Shown: positions 23,023 through 34,833 of the stretch, in pieces
Layout: each line of letters starts with the position of its first letter
Position numbering within the stretch: the stretch's first letter is position 1
Translations under genes and position numbers: made by a program
Origin: Octopus sinensis
Taxonomy: Eukaryota
Direction of reading: 5' to 3'
Assembly (NCBI RefSeq): GCF_006345805.1
Contig: NC_043003.1
Coordinates: 21,018,001 to 21,082,000, forward strand
DNA length: 64,000 nt
Notes under the pieces: generated by a model
What the model was told of the DNA's origin: nothing
Database searches by the model: none
Seen by the model: only the letters and a program-made list of their open reading frames with translations

Positions 23023-24805
23023 GACGTTGCACAGTATACAATATCGTGAGGTTGTTGATTGAAAATATTGTGTCTACATGGGGTTTGTACTGTTTGTCAA
23101 GTCACAACAAGGACCTCAGACAGACAGTACTTTAGGCAATATGTGTGCAGTTCCAACTAACACTGACTTCTACAATACATCTAGATTATAGAGTATTTCT
23201 AAGGTTTTTCAGAGGTTTTTTCAGATTGGGTGGTATTGAATCCAATGCTCCGATGACAATAGGCATAAACTTTCTGTTTGACTCTCGCAGCTGCCACATC
23301 TTAAGGATCTCAGCTCTCAGTTCTCCATATTTATCAACCTTTTCTCTTTCATGATATGTTGATCTCCTGGCACTGCCACATCGATTATTAGGCATTCTTG
23401 TTTGTCCCTCCTAAAGGTTACCATATCCAGCCTTCAGTGCTCTAACTCCTTGTCTGTCTGGAAGAAAACTCACTCCTTATTTTGCTGGGTATGATGGAAA
23501 GTGTCAGCTGTCCACAGCCAGAAGACAAAAGGTGACACTTGTTTATTGGCCATGATTCAAGAACCCTGCATAGAATTCTTGCAGTTCCAAGCAATGCTGA
23601 TTTTTGTAGGTGTTCTACCTTCACTCTTGCACCAACTTTTTCAGCCACGTTGGTAGTTGAGTGCTGATAATTCCAAGTACACCAATTACTATTGGTAACA
23701 CATCTACTCATTTCATTGACCACAACCTTCATATTCCCTGCTTCAAATCGTCATAGTTGTTTATTCATTCTTCTTCTTTCACTTTGATCCTGTAGTCACC
23801 AGGGCATGCTATATCAATTATCATACATGTTCTTTCTTACTTATTCACTCCAATAATGTCCAGTTTCCAATATCTGGTCGGGTGAACACACTGGATCATT
23901 GCATCCCACAGGATTTTTCAATTCTCATTTTCGGTGACTCCTTCTGGAGTTTGTTCATACGTCCTTGCTCTTTGTAGGTCATGATTTTCCAATGGATCAT
24001 TCATGCCACATAGGCATGGTATCTTTTGTATTTGTGTTGTGCCAATTTCAGGTATTTGCTAACGATGTGCCATACCATTTCACTCCTCTCACCACACATT
24101 CTGCATTTGTCACTATTTGTAGTGTGTTGTCTATTCTGCATTTCATATAGTTGGTCCTTAATGCTGGTTTCTGAGCTGCACATAAGAGTGTTTCAGTCTC
24201 TCTCTCTTCAGGTCACTCCTCCTCATCCATAGCCACCGGTCCTTTCTATCTATCTTGGTGTTCACATCTCTTGCAAACAGACTGTACACTTTTTTTTACC
24301 TTCCATGCTTTTTTCATTTTTCTTTTTGTTCATTTCTTGCTTAAATTTTTCTTTCATTACACAATTTTGGGTTTTGATTACACCGGCCTTCTTCATGTGT
24401 TTCAACAATGGCTCCATGGCATTTTTTATATACCACTCGAAGCTGTTTTCCTCTGCTTCAATACAGTCCAAGAAACTAATCAAACCCCTCCCACCCTTTC
24501 TTCTGAACAAGTACAGTCTATTGGTGTTATTCTTAGGGTGAAAGGCTCCATGTACTGTCAATATTTTTATAGTCTTGGTATCCATTTTCTTCATTTCTCT
24601 CTTTTGCCATTTTATAACTCCTGCTCCATACCAAAGTGATACTATCGCCCACATATTAGCTGCTTGGATTTTATTCCATCCGGTCAATTTTAAGTACAAC
24701 ACCAACCTCAGTCTCCAGAAATACTCCATCCTCAGTTGCTCTTTCATTTCCTTTTCCAGTGACTCCTTCCGGAGTTTGTTCATACCACATCCTTGCCTCT
24801 CCAAA
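23020..24805 (-). mobile_element. R4/Dong-type non-LTR retrotransposon 3' fragment(s) with REL endonuclease
   Basis: Peptides NKIQAANMWA, HGAFHPK..RLYL.R.KGGRGL, CRMCGERSEMVWHIVS..KLAQHKYKRYH, EKVDKY.EL..E..KMW and LQKSALLGTARIL. The 3' end abuts (ATT)n. Confidence 0.85.
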
Positions 24806-26479
24806 AGTTTCAGGCCTTGTGCCTATTGTAGAGAGAATCATTTACTTAATTCAGAAATTTTGAAAACAATTTAATTTAAATTAGTTTTTAAAAAAATGCC
24901 AGTCTCAGGTGAGTTATATAAAAAAAGGTTAATCCATTCACCAGATTTAACACTTGCACCTGACATTCGGATTCCTGTTGTAGGGATTACTTATTTGTAA
25001 CTATTCAGGTCTCCAATTTAAAGATATCAGGATATTACCCTATCCCTACAAATACCACAAGTTTCAGATACCCAACAGAAAGACAGTGAGCTGGCAGAAA
25101 CATCAATGCGACGGGCGAAATGCTTAGCGATATTTCGTCTGCCGTTGTGTTCTGAGTTCAAATTCTGCCAAGGTCGACTTTGCCTTTCATCCTTTCAGGG
25201 TCGATAAATTAAGTACCAGTTACACATTGGGGTTGATGTAATCAACTTAATCCATTTGTCTGTCCTTGTTTTCCCCTCTCTGTTAAGCTCCTTGTGGGCA
25301 GTAAAGAAATAAGAAAGGTGATAGTCATTGCTCTTCCTCCTTTGAATACTGATAAAAAAAAAACCTTCATCATTGTTTTAATATTCATTTTCATGCAGGT
25401 ATGAGCAGTCGTATTTATGTCAACAATCTTGATTCTGGGGCACCTCATATAAAGCACTCAATATTTTTTGTGAGTTGGCAGAATCATTAGCATGCTGGGC
25501 AAAATGAATAGCAGCTTTTCATGTCTTTACATTCTGAGTTCGAATTTCACCAAGGTTGACTTTGCCTTTCTTCCTTTTAGGGCCAATGAAATAAGAACCA
25601 GTTGACCAATAGGATCAATGTGATTGACTTACTCCCCTGAAACTGCTGGCCATGTACCAAAATTTGAAACTAATATTTTGCGATCTGAACTTCCTCAACC
25701 TCTATCTTCCAGAGACATCTTCCGGTGTCAGCATCTGGAACATTTTGCGCACAACACTTATTAAAAAAAAAGTACTCTTTTTAATCAATGTTGTTAATAC
25801 CAGACAATATGCATGTATAGATTAATTATACAGTATGATATAAAGCATATAATGTAATATATAGTGGTTGCTAATACTTAGGTCAGCTCTGAAAAATATT
25901 TCAGCTGTGACCATCCCTTCTTATTTTTAAGTACAAATGTTTTTAATTGTTGAGTCTGGAGGAAGGAACATGCCCACCCATGACCTTTGCAGACCCTCCA
26001 AGAGCACTGTATCTCCACCAATATCTGCAAAGATATTAAAGTTTAATGTTAGAGAGAGGTTTGGCTGCTGTTTCTCTCAGTTACATTGACTGCATAGATG
26101 CTCCTTCGGTTGTTCAATATGATATTATCTATGAGGTATATGTAACCTCATTCTTGCTGTAACAACTGTTCTGCAATAAAATCCCAAAGCACGACCAACA
26201 ATTTAAAGAACTTTGATTTCATATCTTCTTAGGTTCTTCTATGCCCCAGTATTTTTGAATAACAATGATTTGAGGGTATACATTTATTTAACAGTCTGTT
26301 ATATACATGTACACAATGTGGTGTTGCTCTCACAAAAATTGAGATTAATTATAGATAACACAACAAATCATAAAATATAATATCTATTAATGACAGAGGC
26401 AGTATTGATAGCAAAAGGTAATAGTTATCCCCACTTACACGTGGATGTTCAGTTAGAACAAGCCATACTGCAGTAGATA

Positions 26480-28260
26480 CATCATCATCATCGTTTAACA
26501 TCCGTTTTTCATGCTAGCATGGGTTGGATGGTTCGACAGGGATCTGGGAAGCCAGGAGGCTACACCAGGCTCCAGTCTGATCTGGCAGTGTTTCTACAGC
26601 TGGATGCCCTTCCTAACACCAACCACTCTGTGAGTGTAGTGGGTGCTTTTGACATTCCACTGGCACAGGGGCCAGGGAGGTTGGCAACAGTCATGATCGG
26701 TTGGTGCTTTTTACATGCTACTGGCACAGAAGCCAGTCAAGGTGGCGCTAGCATCAGCTACATTCAGATGGTGCTTTTTATGTGCCACCAGCACGGGTAT
26801 CACAACTACAATTTCCATTTGATTTTCATTTTGATGTTGATGTATTTGACTCAATAGGTCTCCTCAAGCACAGCAGGTCGCCCTACAATCCAAGGTACTT
26901 TTGAATGGGCTGGGGCTGGTTATGCGAAACTGGTGTAGGATACAGCCGTGAACTCACTTTATTTACTGGGTCTTTGCAGTCACAGTATATCTCCAGAGGT
27001 CTCGGTCTTTTGTCATTGCTTCTGTGAGGCCCAACATTCAAAGGCCATGGTTGACCACCTCATCCCATGTCTTTCTGAGTCTACCTCTACTCCGGATTCC
27101 TTCAACTGTTTGGGAGTGGCCCTTCTTCACACATCTCTCCTCATGCATCCATAGTACAAGACCATACCAGTGTAAACATCTCTCTTGAATACCACATCCT
27201 ATGCTTCTTATGTCCAACATTTCTCTCAGGGCGCTTACACTCTGTCGTGCATGCACACTGACATTAAACATCCAGCGGATCATGCTAGCTTCATTTCTTT
27301 TGAGTCTACACATGTCCTACACAGTCAAGCCCATTTTTCACTGCCGTAAAGCATGGTAGTTTGCACACATGCATCGTACAATCTACTTTTCACTCTGAGC
27401 AAGAGGCCCTTTGTTGCCAGTAGGGGTAGAAGCTTTCTATACTTTGCCCAGGCTATTCTTATTCTAGTGGTAACACTCTCTGAGCATCCACCCCCACTAC
27501 TAACTTGGTCACCTAGGTAGCGGAAGCTATCAACTTCTTCTAGTTTCTCCCCCTGAAGTGTTATGGAATCTGTTTTCTGAGTATCTGTGGTGTCTATTGC
27601 CCCTGTGTATCTGCCACACACAAAAGCTATCTTCTCGGTTAATCTTCCTTTGATGTTGCTGTACCTAGTATACGTCCATAGCTTACACTTGGTACATCTT
27701 ATGGAGCTTCTACCTACACCTTTTCGAGCAGGGCCACCTACCTGAGGGGGTGCGTGATGTGTTTGCCTTCCTACTTTCTAGAACTTTGGTCTTTGCTACA
27801 TTGACTCTAAGGCTTTTTGATTCTAAACCTTGCTTCCACACCCAAAATTTCTTTTCTAGTTCTGGTAGTGATTCTGCTATGAGGGCCTGGTCATCAGCAT
27901 AGAGGAGCTCCCAGGAGCAACCCATCTTGAATTCCTCTGTTATTGCCTGGAGGACTATGATGAATAAAAGGGGGCTGAGGACTGAACCTTGGTGGACCCC
28001 TACTTCTACCCAGTATTCTTCACTATACTCATTGCCAATCTTAACCTTACTAACAGCCTCACTGTATAGGGCCTGTATAGCCCTTATTAACCATTCGTCA
28101 ATCCCCAGTTTCCACATCGCCCATCAGATAAGGGATCAGAAGACCCTGTCAAAGGCTTTGTCCAAGTCCACAAATGTTGAGTATAGGGGTTTATCTTTAG
28201 CAAGGTATTTCTCCTGCAGTTGTCGAACCAGGAATATGGAATATGTCAAACCAAGAATAT
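26480..28260 (-). mobile_element. RTE-clade LINE, older degenerate copy
   Basis: [41 protein letters not shown] and LLYADD in broken frames; (cat)n tail at ~26481. Confidence 0.9.
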
Positions 28261-28960
28261 TTGTGATACCATTAATTAAACTGTTGTTGATATTTAAGAT
28301 AGATCTCATACTTAACATTCTTTTCTCACATGGGGATAATTTGCTTGTACTATTTTCAAGTACAATTTGTGAATTTTTATAATATTGCTAGCTAAATGAT
28401 ACAGCTGACTTCATTCTTGTGATGGAGACCCTCCTTAAGAATCACACACAACTCTATGCAAATGCTACTTTCATATCTCAAATTTGGTTTTTGTTTTATA
28501 AATTGCTAACATTACACTAACTCTGCTTACAGTAGCATTTTATTTTCAGACAACATTTCAGATGAAATGATGTAATGATATCCAGAATGAACTGTAATGA
28601 ATATCAATAAGCTAAATACTAAAATAAATTCTTACTCCTATTTATTAATATAATTATTATATTTTTTCATATTCTCAACATCTTTCTCTGAGTTCCTACT
28701 GCACCACCAGATGCACTTGTGTCTTACTGAAGTGCATACAACATTGTCTTTTGAGGTTTTAGAATTGAGACTTATTGGCCTCATCATTATTTAACGTCCA
28801 CTTTCTATCCTGGCATGGATGGAACTGTTTAAGAGGGAACCAGAGACCTGTGTTGAGCTACAGTGTCACTCTTAGCATGGTTTCTACTTAACGGGTTTGT
28901 TAGGTTCCTTCAGATGTTACTTGAGTTGTTCATCTGCTTGTTGTGTAGAGTATATGGTTT

Positions 28961-29200
28961 GGGTGTTGTGTGGTGATTGTATCACATATTTGTATTGTGT
29001 GAGTTGTGTTAGGTACTCTGGGTGTTGTGTGGTGCCTGTATTACATATTTGTGGCATGTGAGTTGCAATGTGCTTTGGGTGTTGTGTGGTGACTGTATTA
29101 CATATTTACTTTGTGTGTTTTGTTATGTACTTTGGGTGTTGTGTGGTGACTGTATCACATATTTGTGGTGTGTGAGTTGTGTGATGTGTTTTAATGTCAG
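28961..29200. repeat. ~57-bp GT-rich minisatellite, about 4 units
   Basis: gggtgttgtgtggtg(a/c)ctgtat(c/t)acatattt recurs at ~28961, 29020, 29077 and 29134. Confidence 0.85.
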
Positions 29201-29668
29201 GTGTTGATTATGTAAAATATGTGACAGTGTAGGGTGTGTTATATTATTGGGAGGTGCATGTGTAGAATATGAAATGAATGGGGTGTAGGTGGTAGAGTGT
29301 GGGGTAGGCTATAATACTGATATTATAATAATCAGTATTGTATTACTAAGGATCGTTTTATTGGATTTTCTTGCAATATGTTAGAGGCCATCGATATTTT
29401 AATTCCTGTAAAGTTTCATGACAATAAATTTAGGTCCATATGTGGAGAAATAGTGATTTTAAAGTTCTACATTGCAAATATGAACAAGACATAATAAAGG
29501 ACAGATGCTAACCATCTTAAACAAGCAATAGGAGTTAAATGCCATTATTCTTTATAAAGAAAACCAAGGTCCTGCAACACAATATCAACCTTCTTCTAAA
29601 GTGGAATCAATGTGATACCAGTCATCATACATCACTGGAATTTGATGAAGTAAGGGTGCTTATACACG

Positions 29669-29791
29669 CTAGTTGGTTTTCTTCTTCAGTTCACTATCCA
29701 GTTCTTTCATGATACGTAATGCAAGCTCGTCCTTATATGTAGGAACAATAATTTGGATGTTGACTGGAAGACCAACGCTGCCTGGAATTGA
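29669..29791 (-). CDS. FAAH: FAAH copy C terminal coding exon
   Basis: ctttgcag acceptor. Encodes [40 protein letters not shown]-stop. Confidence 0.88.
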   Translation of the reverse strand, partial: SIPGSVGLPVNIQIIVPTYKDELALRIMKELDSELKKKTN

Positions 29792-30806
29792 CTGCAAAGA
29801 AACAAGATATATATTTAGAATGTTTATAAATGTTGTGGAAGTATTCATGTGAGTAAAGTTTAAGATGACTTCATTAAACTGCAGTTCACAGTGGCATAAA
29901 TTTAAACCTTGGTGTATGTCGTTGTTGTTGTTAAGCAACAAGATGGGCAGGGTGATTAGGTGATGGTCTAGGGCTTAGGGACGGGAGACCCCAGACCTTG
30001 GAAGGAAAAAAAAAACTTTGGTCGTCTTGTTGTAGTCGAGGGCACTTTGTTGATGCCTGACACTACTGGGAGGTGGCCCTCAAAGTCGCTGAAAATGGAG
30101 ATCTCCAGGTCCAAATTCTTGGACAGCTGGTGTATGTCTGAGCTGAGTAAGACATATAAATTTACTTCTCTTCTTATAGAAAATAAATAAATATTAATTT
30201 AATGTGATTGTGTGAATACATAAGATGAATTAAGATTATGTAATTTCCCAGGTTATTAATCTTATCTTTAGAGTATAACTTTTCCTGTTATTTTATTCTT
30301 TTTCCACTTGTTTCAGTCATTAGACTGTGGTCATGCTGGGGCACTGCATTGAGAGGTTTTAGTTGAACAAATCAATTGTAGTATTTATTTTCCTTTTAAG
30401 CATGGGACTTATTTTATCCATCTCTTGAACTGAACTGCTAAATAACAGGGATGTAAATGCACTAAGAACAATTATCAAGCAGTGGTGATGGACAAACAGA
30501 CAAACACACACACACACATATATATGGGTTTTGGGGCCTGAAGGAACACTGTAAAGCTAAGCATTTTATGGACATGAAACCCAGGGTAATCCCATGGTGT
30601 GGCCATAACTATATTAATTTTTCAATCTAGCTATCTATCTATCAATCTATCTATATATATATCTATCTATATCTATCTAACTATCCATCTGTATGTATAC
30701 ATATGCATACATATATCATCATCATCATCATCGTTTAGCGTCCGCTTTCCATGCTAATATATATATATATATACATAAATATATATTTATATATATATAC
30801 AAATAT

Positions 30807-30838
<32 letters not shown>

Positions 30839-33200
30839 CATATGCATATATATATATACATACATATATATTTATATATGTATATACATAGTCCCATCTC
30901 GTCCCAAGGTAACGTGGTGGTGGAACAATGTTGTAGACAGGACTATTAGAGAAAAGAGACAGGCTTGGAAAGACTGGAAGAACGGTGGTAGCAGGGAATT
31001 GTATCAGACTGCCAAAAGGGAAGCTAGGAGACAGGTCTATCTAGCCAGAGGGGAAGCAGATAAGAAAAAATTTGCCAATGTTCTGCGCCGTGAGGACCAA
31101 AGACTGGAGGTGTTTCGTGTTGCAAGACAGTGTGTGAGAGAGAATTGTGATGTGGTAGGAGAGAAATGTGTTCGCAAGGATGACGGCTCACTTGCGCTAA
31201 ATGAGGATGCAAAGAGAGAGGTTTGGAGATGCCACTATGAAAGGTTGCTGAATAAAGAAAATGAATGGGATAAAGAGAGTCTGCCGAATGTCAACCCAAC
31301 AGAGGGACCAGCTATCCAAGTTGACAGTTCCTTGGTAGTTAAGGCAATTAGAAGCATGAAGACAGGGAAAGCCCCAGGCCCATCAGGAATCACTGCAGAG
31401 ATGCTCAAAATATCTGGTAGTGTCGGCTATAGCCTAGTCACCTGTATAGTTAATCAGGTGATACACGAAGGAGTCATACCCAACGACTGGTGTAGCAGCA
31501 TAATAGTCAACTGCTACAAAGGTAAAGGTGATGCCCTAGATACAAATAATTACAGAGGTATCAAGCTGTTGGATCAGGTAATGAAGGTTATGGAGAGGGT
31601 CATAGCCCAACTAATTAGAGAGAGTTAGTTTAGATGAGATGCAGTTTGGGTTCGTGCCAGGGAAAAGTACCACTGATGCTATATTCCTGGTAAGGCAGCT
31701 GCAGAAGAAATACCTGGCCAAAGACAAGCCCCTGTACCTGGCTTTTGTTGACATGGAGAAAGCCTTCGACAGGGTCCCCCGATCCCTTATCTGGTGGTCA
31801 ATGAGGAAACTAGGGATAGATGAATGGTTAGTGAGAGCTGTGCAAGCCATGTACAGGGACACTGCTAGTAAGGTGAGGGTTGGCATCGAGTACAGTGAAG
31901 AATTCCGGGTAGAGGTAGGGGTCCACCAAGGCTCAGTCCTCAGCCCCCTCCTATTTATCATAGTCCTCCAGGCAATAACGGAGGAATTCAAGACAGGATG
32001 CCCCTGGGAGCTCCTCTATGCTGATGACCTTGCTCTAATTGCTGAGTCACTATCAGAACTGGAGGAGAAGTTTCAGGTGTGGAAGCAAGGATTAGAATCG
32101 AAGGGCCTTAGAGTCAATCTAGCTAAAACCAAAGTCCTAATAAGTAGGAAGGTAGACAAATCACAAACGCCTTCAGGTAGATGGCCCTGCTCGATCTGTA
32201 CAAAAGGTGTAGGTAGAAACTCTATAAGATGCACCAAGTGTAAGCTATGGACACATAAGAGGTGCAGCAATGTCAAAGGAAGGCTAACTAGGAATATAGT
32301 TTTTGTATGTGGCAGATGCTCAGGAGCAATAAACACTGAAAATGCTCTGAGACCAACTTCTGCCACATTCCAGGGAGAAAAACTAGAAATAGTTGATAGT
32401 TTCCGTTACCTAGGTGACCAAGTCAGTAGTGGGGGCGGGTATGCTGAAAGTGTAACTGCTAGAGTAAGAATAGCTTGGGCAAAGTTCAGGGAGCTCTTAC
32501 CTCTGCTAGTGACAAAAGGCCTCTCGCTCAGAGTAAAAGGCAGACTGTATGATGCGTGCGTACGAACAGCCATGCTACATGGCAGTGAAACATGGGCCGT
32601 GACTGCTGAGGATATGCGTAAGCTCGCAAGAAATGAAGCCAGTATGCTCCGATGGATGTGCAATGTCAGTGTTCATACTTGACAGAGTGTAAGTACCTTG
32701 AGAGAAAAGCTGGACCTAAGAAGCATCAGCTGTGATGTGCAAGAGAGACGTTTGCACTGGTATGGTCATGTGGCGAGAATGGATGAAGATAGTTGTGTGA
32801 AAAAGTGCCACACCCTAGCGGTTGAGAGAACTTGTGGAAGAGGCAGACCCAAGAAAACCATCCAAACGTGGCCGTTGCCAGCACCGCCCCAACTGGCCTC
32901 GTGCTGGTGGCATGTAAAAAGCACCATCCGTTCGTGGCCATTGCCAGACTCGCCTGGCCCCCGTGCCGGTGGCACGTAAAAAGCACCATCCGATTGTGGC
33001 CGTTTACCAGACTTGTCTGGCACATAAAAAGCACCCACTACACTCACGGAGTGGTTGGCATTAGGAAGGGCATCCAGCCGTAGAAACATTGCCAGATCAG
33101 ACTGGGCCTGGTGCAGCCTTCTGGCTTCCCAGACCCCAGTTGAACCGTCCAACCCATGCTAGCATGGAAAGCGGACGCTAAATGATGATGATGATGATGA

Positions 33201-33244
<44 letters not shown>

Positions 33245-34795
33245 TAGGAAAGAATGGAGCTGAACGAAGATTTAACAAAATTCCTTTATTTTATATTCGA
33301 CATAATAAGGATAAGAGCACTGACCTCGTCATTAACGGAGGGGGTCTCAACAATAATAGTAGCAGCGGTTTTAACAACAGTAGTTTTACGGACAATATCA
33401 ATCACAGCATTCCCAGAAACAGGGAATATGCAGGTGATATTGCCTTAAATAGTAATGAAAATAGGGTGAATAGTATCGAATCCAGCGGTAGTTTTTACAA
33501 CCATCATAGTAATAAGAACGCTGTATTAGTATCGGAAACTAATCCCAATAGATTAAGGTTCTTATCTAATAACTCCAAAATTAGAAACGCCATTTACCAG
33601 TGCAAAATTTATGCTGGATCCGATGTCTACCTCTATATTGGTGCTACCTCATCTAAATTAGCCACAAGAATATCAAATCATTTTTCCACGTTTAGGGATA
33701 AAAGGAAACAACACTCCACTGGGCTAAGCAAATTAGTCTGGCGTTTGAAGAACGCAAATTCAACTTTTAGGCTGGTATGGTCAATATTATCGGTGTCTTT
33801 ACCGTTTGATAAGGGCAAAAAAATCTGTGCCCTGTGTAATTCCGAACTCTTTCATATTCTGTTTGCCCGAGGCCGACTAATAAACTTGATTGTTGAGAGT
33901 TCTTTCAGATGCCTACACTGGAAAAGGCATACCTTCCTCTCATACCAATGAGGTCTAATATAGATAACCCCTGGATTTCCTAAAAAATTTGAAAGGTGAT
34001 ATCTTATCCCTTTTAGTATAAAAGACTTTCTCATAGTTGCCAAGAACACTACCAATCACAACAGTAACCTTGTATCTTGTCATTGCTATTGTGGCCGCCC
34101 TCTCCCTATTAAGTTGACACATTCGAACACACAGACACAGTCTTTTTGGTTCTTGACCGTTAATTCTTGCTATCTCTCTCTCTATGCCTTCCACACACAC
34201 TCAAAGACGCACACACACACATTAAGGCAATTTTACACACTCATACATTCGAGCACTCATTCATAAAATAAATCAAATATAAACACCAGTCATACAGAAT
34301 ACATTCACTCTCTTTAGTTTTCCTATACCTTCCTTCTCCTACCTTGATTCTGCCCTTGAACTATGTCAACGGACAATTTCTCCTGCTTTCATCCAATCTG
34401 GCATCACCCCCTATAAGTAGACATTATTTATCATTATTTTTATGGGCTCCTCGTGAGCAGTCGTCAAAAAGCTTGTTGTGCATTTTGTTGGAGAATTAAG
34501 TTCCTGGATTTTCCTGAAGAGAAAGCTGCATAATGGACTCCTTATTCACTCGGAATTAGGGACTTTGCAGACTTCGAAACATATATTGAAAATAAAATAA
34601 AGGAATTTTATTAAATCTTCGTTCAGCTCCATTCTTTCCTATACTTAATATATAAAACTTCAAATTTCCGCACTAAGGCACGGATTTTATGCCCTATGGT
34701 CATAACTTCAACCGTGCCTTTTCTGTTGTGAGTTTGCTACCCAGGTATCGGTTATCTTTCGAATTATCCGTAATAAGATAATTCATTTGTCTACT

Positions 34796-34833
<38 letters not shown>

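Larger units (their letters stand above)
33241..34645 (+). mobile_element. Penelope-like derivative: GIY-YIG endonuclease ORF without RT, bounded by ~60-bp inverted repeats, with a hammerhead motif in the 3' part
   Basis: The frame is open from 33163 to 33951 and contains AIYQCKI...[14 protein letters not shown] and CALC..E...LIN..E...CLH. 33241-33304 is the reverse complement of ~34582-34645. CTGAAGAG...CGAAAC lies at 34514-34580. Confidence 0.82.
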
